DNA of 64,000 nucleotides from NCBI GenBank assembly GCA_945868475.1, contig CAMBLM010000005.1:102117-166116 (forward strand). Direction: 5' to 3'. The translations under genes and the position numbers were made by a program. The DNA is from an uncultured Ruminococcus sp. Lineage in GTDB: Bacteria; Bacillota; Clostridia; Oscillospirales; Ruminococcaceae. Below the pieces are notes generated by a model. That model saw nothing but the letters and a program-made list of their open reading frames with translations, had not been told where the DNA came from and did no database searches. Position 1 is the first letter of the stretch; every line of letters begins with the position of its first letter. Below are positions 8,625 through 16,840 of the stretch, piece after piece.

Positions 8625-9047
8625 GTGGCAGACAAAAAGGGTTTTATCCAGGAATTCAAGGAATTTATCAGCAGAGGAAACGTTGTTGACCTTGCAGTCG
8701 GCGTTATCGTCGGCGGAGCGTTTACATCTATCGTAAATTCGCTCGTAAATGATATTTTTACTCCGATAATCGGTATGATACTTGCCGGTATCAACTTCAA
8801 TGACCTCGGAATAACTATTCCTTGGGGAAACAGACCTTATATCAATATAGGTTCGTTTATTCAGGCGGTAGTTTCGTTCCTTATCACAGCATTCTGCATT
8901 TTCATCATCGTTAAGTTCATAAATGCATTCAAGAAAAAGGAAGAAGAAAAGCCTGCCGAGCCGCCGAAAGCTCCTGAGCCGACCAAGGAAGAGGTCCTTC
9001 TCACCGAAATTCGCGATCTGCTCAAAGCACAGCAGGATAAGGAGTAA
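8625..9047 (+). CDS. mscL: Large-conductance mechanosensitive channel MscL
   Basis: 140 aa, GTG start. Motifs: EFKEFISRGNVVDLAVGVIVGGAF and DIFTPIIG. Confidence 0.9.
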   Translation: MADKKGFIQEFKEFISRGNVVDLAVGVIVGGAFTSIVNSLVNDIFTPIIGMILAGINFNDLGITIPWGNRPYINIGSFIQAVVSFLITAFCIFIIVKFINAFKKKEEEKPAEPPKAPEPTKEEVLLTEIRDLLKAQQDKE

Positions 9048-9049
9048 TC

Positions 9050-9469
9050 ATGGCAGAAAAAAACAAAGCACTGCTTATTGAAGTTATCGGTCAGGACGCA
9101 GTTATCGAGGGTATAGATTTTGACTTTGAAGCTTCTACATATCTCAATGTTTTCGGCGGAACAACGCTCACCGTCACCGAGGCGGAGCGTCTTGCGGCAA
9201 ATTCGTTCAAGTTTGCAAACTGCGTTGTTACAGCCTGCACAGATGAGAAAATTGTCCGTCAGTGTGATGAAAACGTGCTTGCTTCGATACTCATAAACCC
9301 CGATGATGATTCCAAGATCATTCACGGCAAGGCTCTCGTCTACCGCAAAAGGGCAGGGGAGAATATGGGGTATGAGCTTTTCACCGATGATGAAGTCACC
9401 GAACTTATTGACCTTTGCGACAAAATGGTCAGGGATTTCATAGAGCAGACGGAAACTGCCGAAAAATAA
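9050..9469 (+). CDS. Hypothetical acidic protein, translationally coupled to mscL
   Basis: 139-aa ORF whose start lies 2 nt after the mscL stop (TAATCATG). Amino-acid composition is balanced. I recognise no family with confidence. Confidence 0.55.
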   Translation: MAEKNKALLIEVIGQDAVIEGIDFDFEASTYLNVFGGTTLTVTEAERLAANSFKFANCVVTACTDEKIVRQCDENVLASILINPDDDSKIIHGKALVYRKRAGENMGYELFTDDEVTELIDLCDKMVRDFIEQTETAEK

Positions 9470-9535
9470 GCTGAAGCAAACTTTTTGCCGAGCTTTTTTC
9501 GGGCAAAATATCACATAAAAATCACATAAAAGGTC

Positions 9536-9564
9536 TTGACTTAAAACGACTAATATTGTATAAT
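9536..9564 (+). promoter_or_regulatory. Sigma-A-type promoter for pckA
   Basis: TTGACT, 17-nt spacer, TATAAT with an extended TG. It lies upstream of element B2. Confidence 0.6.
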
Positions 9565-9608
9565 GTAACATGGAATAATAAGTATCGTTTTATACGCTGC
9601 TTATTAAA

Positions 9609-9787
9609 GGGAACCTCTAAAAACCTCCCTCACGACAAATTTTCTGCGACTTTGCGCATCTTCTGCGTTAACGAAACTTGGAATACATTCGGAAAATATT
9701 CCGTAGTATTACACTGCGTTTCGCTGCCTTGAAGCTGCACAAAGTCCTAACGAAAATTTGCTCGTGTTCCGGTTTTTAGAGAACCCC
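9609..9787. mobile_element. Family-B MITE-like hairpin element, copy B2, inside the pckA 5' UTR
   Basis: Ends are GGGAACCTCTAAAAACC ... GGTTTTTAGAGAACCCC. It is flanked by direct TAAA (9605-9608 and 9788-9791). Confidence 0.8.
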
Positions 9788-9814
9788 TAAATTATATTAG
9801 GAGGTCTATGTAAA

Positions 9815-11515
9815 ATGTCAACAAAAGCCAATTACCCTATTAGCGAAATCGGAGCTGGAAAAGTCGGTTTCTCCAGAACCCGTTCTATCATCGAGGCTGC
9901 TTTCTATGGCAATAACGTAGTAAAAGTAAACACTCTCAAGGAGGCTTATAACCTCGCTAAGAACTCTCCGGGAACAATTGTTACCGATATGCCTGTTTAC
10001 CGCGGCGAAGAATTCGGACTTGACGCTGATGCTAAGGTTCTTCTCTTCAACGACGGTGCTGTTACAGGCCGTTACGCTGCTGCACGCCGCATCAAGGGCG
10101 AGCCGGGCGTTGACGAAGTTAAGCTCGACAAGGTAGTTATGGACGCTATCTACAAGACACGTTTCAAGAAACTCTATCACGCTACCTGCTTCGTTGGTCT
10201 TGATAAGGAATTCATCGCTAAGGCTCATCTCCTCATTCCTGAGGGCGAAGAGAACCTTCTCTACAACTGGATGCTCAACTTCCAGTATATGTCCGATGAA
10301 TATGTAAAAATGTACAAGGATTCCAAGCCTATCGGTGACGGCAAGGAACCTGATATCTACATCTTCTCCGATCCTCAGTGGAAGCCAACAGAGAGCCCTG
10401 ACGTTGATTACAGCTGTCTCTCCGATCCTCTTACACTCTGCTACTTCGATACAAACCAGAACTGCGCTGCAATTCTCGGTATGAAGTATTTCGGCGAGCA
10501 CAAGAAGGGCACACTTACAATGGCTTGGGCACTTGCTAACAGAAACGGCTATGCTTCCTGCCACGGCGGTCAGAAGGAATACACACTTGCTGACGGTTCT
10601 AAGTTCGTTGCTTCCGTTTACGGTCTTTCCGGCTCCGGTAAGTCCACTCTTACACACGCTAAGCACAACGGCAAGTATCCTGCAATCAAGGTTCTCCACG
10701 ATGACGCATTCATCATCAACACAGATACATGTGCTTCTATCGCACTTGAACCTACTTACTTCGATAAGACAGCCGATTATCCTACAGGCTGCCCTGACAA
10801 CAAGTACCTCCTCTCCTGCCAGAACTGCTCCGCTACAATGGACGAAGACGGCAAGATCCAGCTCGTAACAGAGGATATCAGAAACGGCAACGGACGTGCT
10901 CTCAAGTCCAAGCTCTGGTCTCCTAACCGTGTTGACAAGATCGAATCTCCTGTTAACGCTATCTTCTGGATCATGAAGGATCCTACGATTCCTCCTGTTA
11001 TCAAGCTCAAGGGTTCATCTCTTGCTGCTGTAATGGGTGCAACACTCGCTACAAAGACATCTACAGCTGAGCGTGTAAAGGCCGGTACAGACCTTAACGC
11101 ACTCCGTATCGTTCCTTACGCTAACCCATTCAGAACATATCCTCTTGCTAACGACTATGAGAAGTTCAAGAAGCTCGTTGAAGAAAAGAACGTTGCTTGC
11201 TACATCATCAACACAGGCGACTTCATGGGCAAGAAGGTAAAGCCTGCTGATACTCTCGGAATCCTCGAGACTATCGTTGAAGGCAAGGCTAAGTTCGAGA
11301 AGTGGGGTCCTTTCGAGGATATGGAGATCATGCCTTGGGGCGACTTCGAAGTAAACCTCAACGACAAGGACTACACTGCACAGCTTAAGAATGCTATGCA
11401 GAACCGTCTTACAAGCGTTGAAAAGTTTGCAACAGACAAGGGCGGCTATGATAAGCTTCCTGACGATGCGGTTGCAGCTATCAAGAAGGTTGTTGACGAA
11501 GCAGCAGCACTTTAA
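9815..11515 (+). CDS. pckA: Phosphoenolpyruvate carboxykinase (ATP)
   Basis: 566 aa with the kinase-1a motif GLSGSGKSTLTH, and a strong AGGAGG RBS. Confidence 0.95.
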   Translation: MSTKANYPISEIGAGKVGFSRTRSIIEAAFYGNNVVKVNTLKEAYNLAKNSPGTIVTDMPVYRGEEFGLDADAKVLLFNDGAVTGRYAAARRIKGEPGVDEVKLDKVVMDAIYKTRFKKLYHATCFVGLDKEFIAKAHLLIPEGEENLLYNWMLNFQYMSDEYVKMYKDSKPIGDGKEPDIYIFSDPQWKPTESPDVDYSCLSDPLTLCYFDTNQNCAAILGMKYFGEHKKGTLTMAWALANRNGYASCHGGQKEYTLADGSKFVASVYGLSGSGKSTLTHAKHNGKYPAIKVLHDDAFIINTDTCASIALEPTYFDKTADYPTGCPDNKYLLSCQNCSATMDEDGKIQLVTEDIRNGNGRALKSKLWSPNRVDKIESPVNAIFWIMKDPTIPPVIKLKGSSLAAVMGATLATKTSTAERVKAGTDLNALRIVPYANPFRTYPLANDYEKFKKLVEEKNVACYIINTGDFMGKKVKPADTLGILETIVEGKAKFEKWGPFEDMEIMPWGDFEVNLNDKDYTAQLKNAMQNRLTSVEKFATDKGGYDKLPDDAVAAIKKVVDEAAAL

Positions 11516-11556
11516 TGCGTAATGCTTAATGCATAATGCGTAATTAAAAAATCAAA

Positions 11557-11599
11557 CCGCAATTCACTCCCGAAAAGGTGTGGGTTGCGGTTTTTGTTT
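11557..11599 (+). terminator. Intrinsic terminator of pckA
   Basis: CCGCAATTCAC-loop-GTGGGTTGCGG (with G-U pairs) followed by TTTTTGTTT. Confidence 0.75.
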
Positions 11600-11607
11600 A
11601 GTATAAA

Positions 11608-11658
11608 ATTTCAAGAAAACAGCCGTAATCAACGTTGAAACAACGTAAATTACGGCTG
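11608..11658 (-). terminator. Intrinsic terminator of the manA-glcK-ilvD operon (minus strand)
   Basis: CAGCCGTAAT...ATTACGGCTG hairpin followed on the minus strand by TTTTCTTG. Confidence 0.6.
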
Positions 11659-11727
11659 AAAATTTTTATCGTAGTGAAAAAGCTGCATTTGGGGAAGAGA
11701 TAATAATTACGCATTACGCATTAAGCA

Positions 11728-12132
11728 TTACGCATTGATTATAAGCCATTTCCCCTTTGATTTGGTCATAAAGAGCGTTTTCTGTTCGGTTTCGTGGTCT
11801 TTTTCATTGTAGACCGTGACCTTTACATTGACATTGTAGCCGTTTTCTGTCTTTTCGCGCGAAACAAAATCGGCGGAAACGGTGAAATCCTCGCCCCACT
11901 CGGCGATATACTGCTCACGGAGAGAATCAAACTCCTTTTCGGAGATCGATTTTTCACCGAAGCACTGCTGATACTCCTTGTAAATGCCATGGGTGAACGA
12001 AGAATACGCTTTGTCAATGGTTTTCATCTGTCCGCTTGTCACAGACTTGATGATTATGAGTACCACAAGTGCTGCGACCGTCAGCGCACAGAAGATAATG
12101 CTGATAATTTTTGCTGTTGAATGTTTGCTCAT
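11728..12132 (-). CDS. Hypothetical membrane-anchored protein
   Basis: 134 aa with an N-terminal TM helix (IISIIFCALTVAALVVLIII) and a soluble beta-rich domain. It is the last gene of the operon. Confidence 0.6.
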   Translation of the reverse strand: MSKHSTAKIISIIFCALTVAALVVLIIIKSVTSGQMKTIDKAYSSFTHGIYKEYQQCFGEKSISEKEFDSLREQYIAEWGEDFTVSADFVSREKTENGYNVNVKVTVYNEKDHETEQKTLFMTKSKGKWLIINA

Positions 12133-12144
12133 CGGCAGTTACCC

Positions 12145-13824
12145 TTAGTCAAGGATAGCGCCCTTCGCAGCGGAAGAAACATTCTTTGCGTAACGCTTCA
12201 AGTAGCCTTTAAGCTCCTTGGTCTTAGGCTTGAATGAAGCCATACGTCTGTCAATCTCCTCCTGCGGAACGTTGAGGGCGAGTGTGCAGTTCGGGATATC
12301 GATAGTAATGGAGTCGCCGTTCTCAACGATACCGATCATGCCGCCCTCGGCTGCTTCAGGGGAAACGTGACCGATGGATGCGCCTCTTGATGCGCCGCTG
12401 AAACGTCCGTCTGTGATAAGAGCAACGGAAGAACCGAGTCCCATACCCTGAATTGCAGAGGTAGGATTGAGCATTTCTCTCATTCCGGGACCGCCCTTTG
12501 GACCTTCGTAACGGATAACGACAACGTCACCCTCAACGATCTTGCCGCCGAGGATAGCAGCCTGAGCGTCTTCTTCGCAGTCATAAACCTTTGCAGGGCC
12601 TGTATGAGTGAGCATTTCGGGAACAACTGCACTTCTCTTTACAACACAGCCGTCAAGTGCAAGGTTGCCCTTGAGGACAGCGATGCCGCCTGTTGTGCTG
12701 TATGGATCGTCGATAGGACGAATGATGTTTGTATCCTTGTTTACGCAGCCTGCGATGTTTTCGCCGACTGTTTTGCCCGTAACGGTCATGATGTCAGTCG
12801 CAAGAAGTCCCTTTTTGTTGAGTTCGTTCATAACCGCGTAAACGCCGCCTGCTTCGTTGAGATCCTCCATATAAGCATGACCTGCAGGTGCAAGGTGGCA
12901 GAGGTTTGGTGTCTTTGCGCTGATCCCGTTTGCAATGTCAAGGTCGAGCTTGACGCCGCATTCGTGTGCGATCGCAGGAAGGTGGAGCATGCTGTTTGTC
13001 GAGCAGCCGAGAGCCATATCAACAGTAACAGCATTGTGGAAAGCCTTTTCGGTCATAATGTCGAGCGGACGGATATTCTTTCTGTAAAGCTCCATTACCT
13101 GCATACCTGCCTGCTTTGCAAGGCGGAGTCTTGCGGAGTAAACAGCAGGGATAGTGCCGTTGCCTTTAAGACCCATACCGAGAGCTTCTGTGAGGCAGTT
13201 CATGGAGTTTGCGGTGTACATACCCGAGCAGCTTCCGCAGGTCGGGCAAGCCTTGTTTTCATATTCTTCAAATTCTTCTTCGGTGATCTTGCCTGCGGTG
13301 TATGCGCCAACGGCTTCAAACATACTTGAAAGTGATGTCTTGCTGCCCTTGACGTGACCTGCGAGCATTGGACCGCCCGAAACGAAGATAGTAGGCACGT
13401 TTATTCTTGCTGCCGCCATAAGAAGTCCGGGGACATTCTTGTCGCAGTTAGGTATCATAACAAGAGCGTCAAAGTGATGAGCAAGAGCCATACATTCGGT
13501 CGAATCTGCGATAAGTCCTCTTGTTACGAGGGAATACTTCATACCCTCATGACCCATTGCGATACCATCGCAAACTGCGATAGCAGGGAAAACGACAGGT
13601 GTGCCGCCGGCCATTGCAACGCCCATTTTAACGGCTTCAACGATCTTGTCGATGTTCATATGACCCGGAACGATCTCATTGTATGAAGAAACGATACCAA
13701 CGAGCGGACGTTCCATTTCTTCTTTTGTAAATCCGAGTGCATTGAAAAGTGAACGCTGCGGAGCTTTGTCCGTACCTTCACAGAAGAAGTTTTTGCAGTC
13801 ATTGCATTCATTGTTGCAACCCAT
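12145..13824 (-). CDS. ilvD: Dihydroxy-acid dehydratase with unusual Cys-rich N-terminal extension
   Basis: 559 aa with [15 protein letters not shown] and TDGRFSG motifs. The N-terminus is [17 protein letters not shown]. Confidence 0.95.
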   Translation of the reverse strand: MGCNNECNDCKNFFCEGTDKAPQRSLFNALGFTKEEMERPLVGIVSSYNEIVPGHMNIDKIVEAVKMGVAMAGGTPVVFPAIAVCDGIAMGHEGMKYSLVTRGLIADSTECMALAHHFDALVMIPNCDKNVPGLLMAAARINVPTIFVSGGPMLAGHVKGSKTSLSSMFEAVGAYTAGKITEEEFEEYENKACPTCGSCSGMYTANSMNCLTEALGMGLKGNGTIPAVYSARLRLAKQAGMQVMELYRKNIRPLDIMTEKAFHNAVTVDMALGCSTNSMLHLPAIAHECGVKLDLDIANGISAKTPNLCHLAPAGHAYMEDLNEAGGVYAVMNELNKKGLLATDIMTVTGKTVGENIAGCVNKDTNIIRPIDDPYSTTGGIAVLKGNLALDGCVVKRSAVVPEMLTHTGPAKVYDCEEDAQAAILGGKIVEGDVVVIRYEGPKGGPGMREMLNPTSAIQGMGLGSSVALITDGRFSGASRGASIGHVSPEAAEGGMIGIVENGDSITIDIPNCTLALNVPQEEIDRRMASFKPKTKELKGYLKRYAKNVSSAAKGAILD

Positions 13825-13854
13825 TTTTTATATACTTCCTTTCGGTCGGAAGCG

Positions 13855-14403
13855 TTATGCGTTTCCGAAATATTTGCTGTAGTTCAAAATATATTGTTTT
13901 GCCAGCCGGTCGAATTTTGCCTGCTCGAAGCATCGGCGAAAGTCCTTGTCCTGCGCGGAAAAGCTTACATTTTCGCTGAATTCAAGAAAATCGACAAAAC
14001 TTCGTCCCGATGGGCGTTTGTCTGCACCGGCTTTGACCGCCGAATCAACGATCTCTGCAAGTTTTTCATAGCCGATAGCACGGAAACCGTTAGCCGCGAT
14101 GCCGAGAAAATCGTTCGAGAGATTGAAAACCGCCTCGGAGAAACCGCTGTCTGTTACTTGCTTTAAGGTTATCTCTGCGCAGTAGATGTTAAGGCAGGGT
14201 GTGGGCAGGTTGTTGAGCTTTTCACCCATATCCGACCAGTCTTCCCTGAAGCTTGTTTCTATCCAAGCTGTAACTGCGCCGACGATCTCTTTTTCGGACA
14301 TATCGGCAAGCTCGCTCCGTTTTAAATCCTTATAGCGGAGCTGACCTTTCATAAAAGAATCGGCGTCCTTTATATCCGATGCAAAAAAATCAAATTTGCT
14401 CAT
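13855..14403 (-). CDS. DUF4375 (DMP19-like) domain protein, tentative
   Basis: The start is set at MSKFDFF, with the ATG 1 nt after the glcK stop (TGATATG). Resemblance to DUF4375 is weak (GFSEAVFNLSNDF). Confidence 0.45.
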   Translation of the reverse strand: MSKFDFFASDIKDADSFMKGQLRYKDLKRSELADMSEKEIVGAVTAWIETSFREDWSDMGEKLNNLPTPCLNIYCAEITLKQVTDSGFSEAVFNLSNDFLGIAANGFRAIGYEKLAEIVDSAVKAGADKRPSGRSFVDFLEFSENVSFSAQDKDFRRCFEQAKFDRLAKQYILNYSKYFGNA

Positions 14404-14404
14404 A

Positions 14405-15355
14405 TCATGAATTGCCGAGGAAAGCCGCACCTATGATGCCTGCATCGTTTCCGAGCTTTGCAACGGTTATCTCGGTGTTGCAGTCGAGCATTCTTGTGTA
14501 AACTTCCTTTTTAACGAGTTCCTTCATCGGAACGAGGAGAGGATCACCCTCGTTGCAAACGCCGCCGCCGATACAGAGAATGTCAGGCTGGAAGATGTTG
14601 ATAACGTTTGTGATTCCTGCTGCGAGGTATTTTATGTACTTGTCAACGACAGCCTTGCCTGCTGCATCACCTGCACGCATTGCATTGAAAGCGTGACGGG
14701 CGGAAACCTTGCCGTCCTGCTTTTCATATTCAGCAAGAATGCTTGAAGTGTTTTCTGCGATTGCGGCTTTTGTCATATTGATAAGACCCGTTGCGGAGGA
14801 GTAAACTTCAAAGCAGCCTTTTCTTCCGCAGGTACACTGAGGGCCGTCAACGGAGATGACCATGTGTCCGATCTCTGTTCCGGCGAGGTTTCTTCCCGTG
14901 AAGATCTTGCCGTCAATGATAACGCCTGCGCCAACGCCTGTTCCGAGAGTTATGCAAACTGCATCGGTAGCACCCTTTGCTGCGCCTGCAACGAATTCGC
15001 CGTAAGCGGCAGCGTTCGCGTCATTTGCAACGTAAACAGGCTTGTTGATGTGTTCCTGAATATACTTTCTTATAGGAACGTTGCTGAAGCCGAGGTTGTT
15101 GGAGTAGGGGATAGTTCCGTTGATGTTGTCTGCGATGCCCGGAGTACCAATACCTATCCATTCAACATCGTCAATTGAGATCCCTGCGTTCTGTGCGGCT
15201 TCGATGCTGACCTTAGCCATATCGTCTGCGATCTCCTTTGCAGGACGGGGGCAGTTGGTCTTGGTCGTAGCCTTTGCGATGATCTCATAATTTTCGTTGA
15301 CAACGCCTGCTTTGATATTTGTTCCGCCGAGGTCGATACCTATAAAGTATTTCAT
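14405..15355 (-). CDS. glcK: ROK family glucokinase
   Basis: 316 aa with GIDLGGTNIK and the ROK zinc motif CTCGRKGCFE. Confidence 0.9.
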   Translation of the reverse strand: MKYFIGIDLGGTNIKAGVVNENYEIIAKATTKTNCPRPAKEIADDMAKVSIEAAQNAGISIDDVEWIGIGTPGIADNINGTIPYSNNLGFSNVPIRKYIQEHINKPVYVANDANAAAYGEFVAGAAKGATDAVCITLGTGVGAGVIIDGKIFTGRNLAGTEIGHMVISVDGPQCTCGRKGCFEVYSSATGLINMTKAAIAENTSSILAEYEKQDGKVSARHAFNAMRAGDAAGKAVVDKYIKYLAAGITNVINIFQPDILCIGGGVCNEGDPLLVPMKELVKKEVYTRMLDCNTEITVAKLGNDAGIIGAAFLGNS

Positions 15356-15370
15356 TTTTCAGTTCTCCTT

Positions 15371-16330
15371 TTAGTCGATCCTTGTAAGAATTGCCTGAGA
15401 TTTGCCTTCGATGGTGTATTTGCCGAGTCCTGCAGGGAGAAATGCCGTTTCGCCCTTTTTGAGTGTTATATCGCCGTCAGCCGACTTGAGTGTTACATCG
15501 CCCTCGAGGACGAGGATAGATTCAAACGATGTTTCGTCAGCGTTGAATTCAGCGGAATTTTCGATATCGATCTTATAAACAGTGAAATATTCGCACTTGG
15601 AAAGAAGCTTCTTTGTGCAGCCGTTTTCGGTAACAGCTTCTGTTGCGGGATAAGGCTCAGCAGGGCAAAGATTTGTTACGTCAAGTGCCTTTTCAATGTG
15701 GAGAGGTCTTGTCTTGCCGTCTGCGCCGACTCTGCCGTAGTCGTAAACACGGTATGTAGTGTTGGAGTTCTGCTGGATCTCAGCGATGAGGATACCTTTG
15801 CCGATAGCGTGGAGAGTTCCCGAGCGGATAAAGAAAACATCGCCCTTTTTAACGGGAACGGAGTTGGTTATTTCGAGCAGGGTGTTGTTCTTGATGCGCT
15901 CTGCGAATTCTTCCTTTGTAACATTTCTCTTGAAGCCGTAAATAAGCTTTGCACCTTCGTCGCAGTCAACGATGTACCACATCTCGGTCTTGCCGTATTC
16001 GCCCTCAACACGCATAGCATATTCATTGTCGGGGTGGACCTGGACTGAAAGGTTGTCCTTTGCATCGATGAGCTTTATAAGAACGGGGAAGTTCTCAAAG
16101 CGTTCGCAGTTTTTGCCGAGGATAGCTTTGCCCTCTTTTTCAATATATGCAGCAAGCGTCATTCCCTTTGCTTTGCCGTTGTCGATGACCGAGTTGCCGT
16201 CCTTGTGGCAGGAAAGCTCCCAGCTCTCAGCGACCTTATCGAAATCGCAGTCCTTGCCGTAAACATCACGAAGTTTTGTGCCGCCCCAAAGGTAATCCTT
16301 GAAAGCAGGCTTTAATTTCAGCGGATACAT
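15371..16330 (-). CDS. manA: Mannose-6-phosphate isomerase, class I
   Basis: 319 aa with YLWGG, LSVQVHPD and the cupin fold pattern. Confidence 0.85.
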   Translation of the reverse strand: MYPLKLKPAFKDYLWGGTKLRDVYGKDCDFDKVAESWELSCHKDGNSVIDNGKAKGMTLAAYIEKEGKAILGKNCERFENFPVLIKLIDAKDNLSVQVHPDNEYAMRVEGEYGKTEMWYIVDCDEGAKLIYGFKRNVTKEEFAERIKNNTLLEITNSVPVKKGDVFFIRSGTLHAIGKGILIAEIQQNSNTTYRVYDYGRVGADGKTRPLHIEKALDVTNLCPAEPYPATEAVTENGCTKKLLSKCEYFTVYKIDIENSAEFNADETSFESILVLEGDVTLKSADGDITLKKGETAFLPAGLGKYTIEGKSQAILTRID

Positions 16331-16364
16331 TATAACATTCCTCCAAAAATAATTTATCAGTATA

Positions 16365-16393
16365 ATTATACAACACTTTTATTATAAAGTCAA
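16365..16393 (-). promoter_or_regulatory. Sigma-A-type promoter of the manA operon
   Basis: Minus strand: TTGACT, 17-nt spacer, TATAAT. Confidence 0.55.
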
Positions 16394-16674
16394 CAAAAAG
16401 TATGATTTTGCACAGTTTATCTGCGAAGAACGGACGGTTAAGATGTTATGCTGTATACTATATAAATGTTAGTTAGGATTAAATATATATTTTGCAGGAT
16501 ATAAAACTAAAACTTGCAAATAAATATAAACTGTTTATGAACCGAAATGCTTAAAATATGAAGTAAAAATATAAGATTGTTTCATAATATAGGCATATAA
16601 GGCTATAAAATCACAAATAATCAATTAAAATGCAGGAATAAATAATAAAAGTTGCATAAATTTCAAAAAAGTGC

Positions 16675-16703
16675 TTGACAAACGTATTTTTATGATATAT
16701 AAT
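16675..16703 (+). promoter_or_regulatory. Consensus sigma-A promoter of amt
   Basis: TTGACA, 17-nt spacer, TATAAT. Confidence 0.65.
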
Positions 16704-16716
16704 AAGACCATAGAAA

Positions 16717-16780
16717 ACAGCAAGGACGCTGTGAATGGACTGCAAAGGCGGAGTCCGGTTCACAGCGTCCTTGCTATTTT
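16717..16780 (+). promoter_or_regulatory. Leader with ANTAR-like dual hexaloop hairpins overlapping a 17-bp terminator stem
   Basis: P1 (16717-16732) is ACAGC[AAGGAC]GCTGT. P2 (16737-16756) is GGACTGC[AAAGGC]GGAGTCC. The terminator stem pairs 16719-16735 with 16759-16775 perfectly and is followed by ATTTT. Confidence 0.55.
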
Positions 16781-16840
16781 GCCAATGGGGAGATCAAAGG
16801 AAATCAATATTTCCCAATTAATGAAAGTGGAGGAATTATT

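Larger units (their letters stand above)
11514..11736. repeat. 33-bp inverted repeat (4 x GCNTAAT heptamers per arm) bracketing two convergent terminators
   Basis: Arms at 11514-11546 and 11704-11736 are complementary at 32 of 33 positions. Each arm reads AAT-GCGTAAT-GCTTAAT-GC(A/G)TAAT-GCGTAAT-TA. Confidence 0.85.

Noticed and set aside
8861-9571. A 236-aa ORF antisense to the mscL 3' end and the 139-aa downstream gene.
   Set aside because: It overlaps mscL, which is certain, and has a Cys/Phe-rich composition. The plus-strand frame has protein-like composition and translational coupling.
16400-16670. TnrA/GlnR-type boxes (TGTNA-N7-TNACA) and repeated TTGCA(G/A) motifs in the AT-rich region upstream of amt.
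   Set aside because: No site fits the full palindromic consensus. In very AT-rich DNA, such partial matches are expected by chance.
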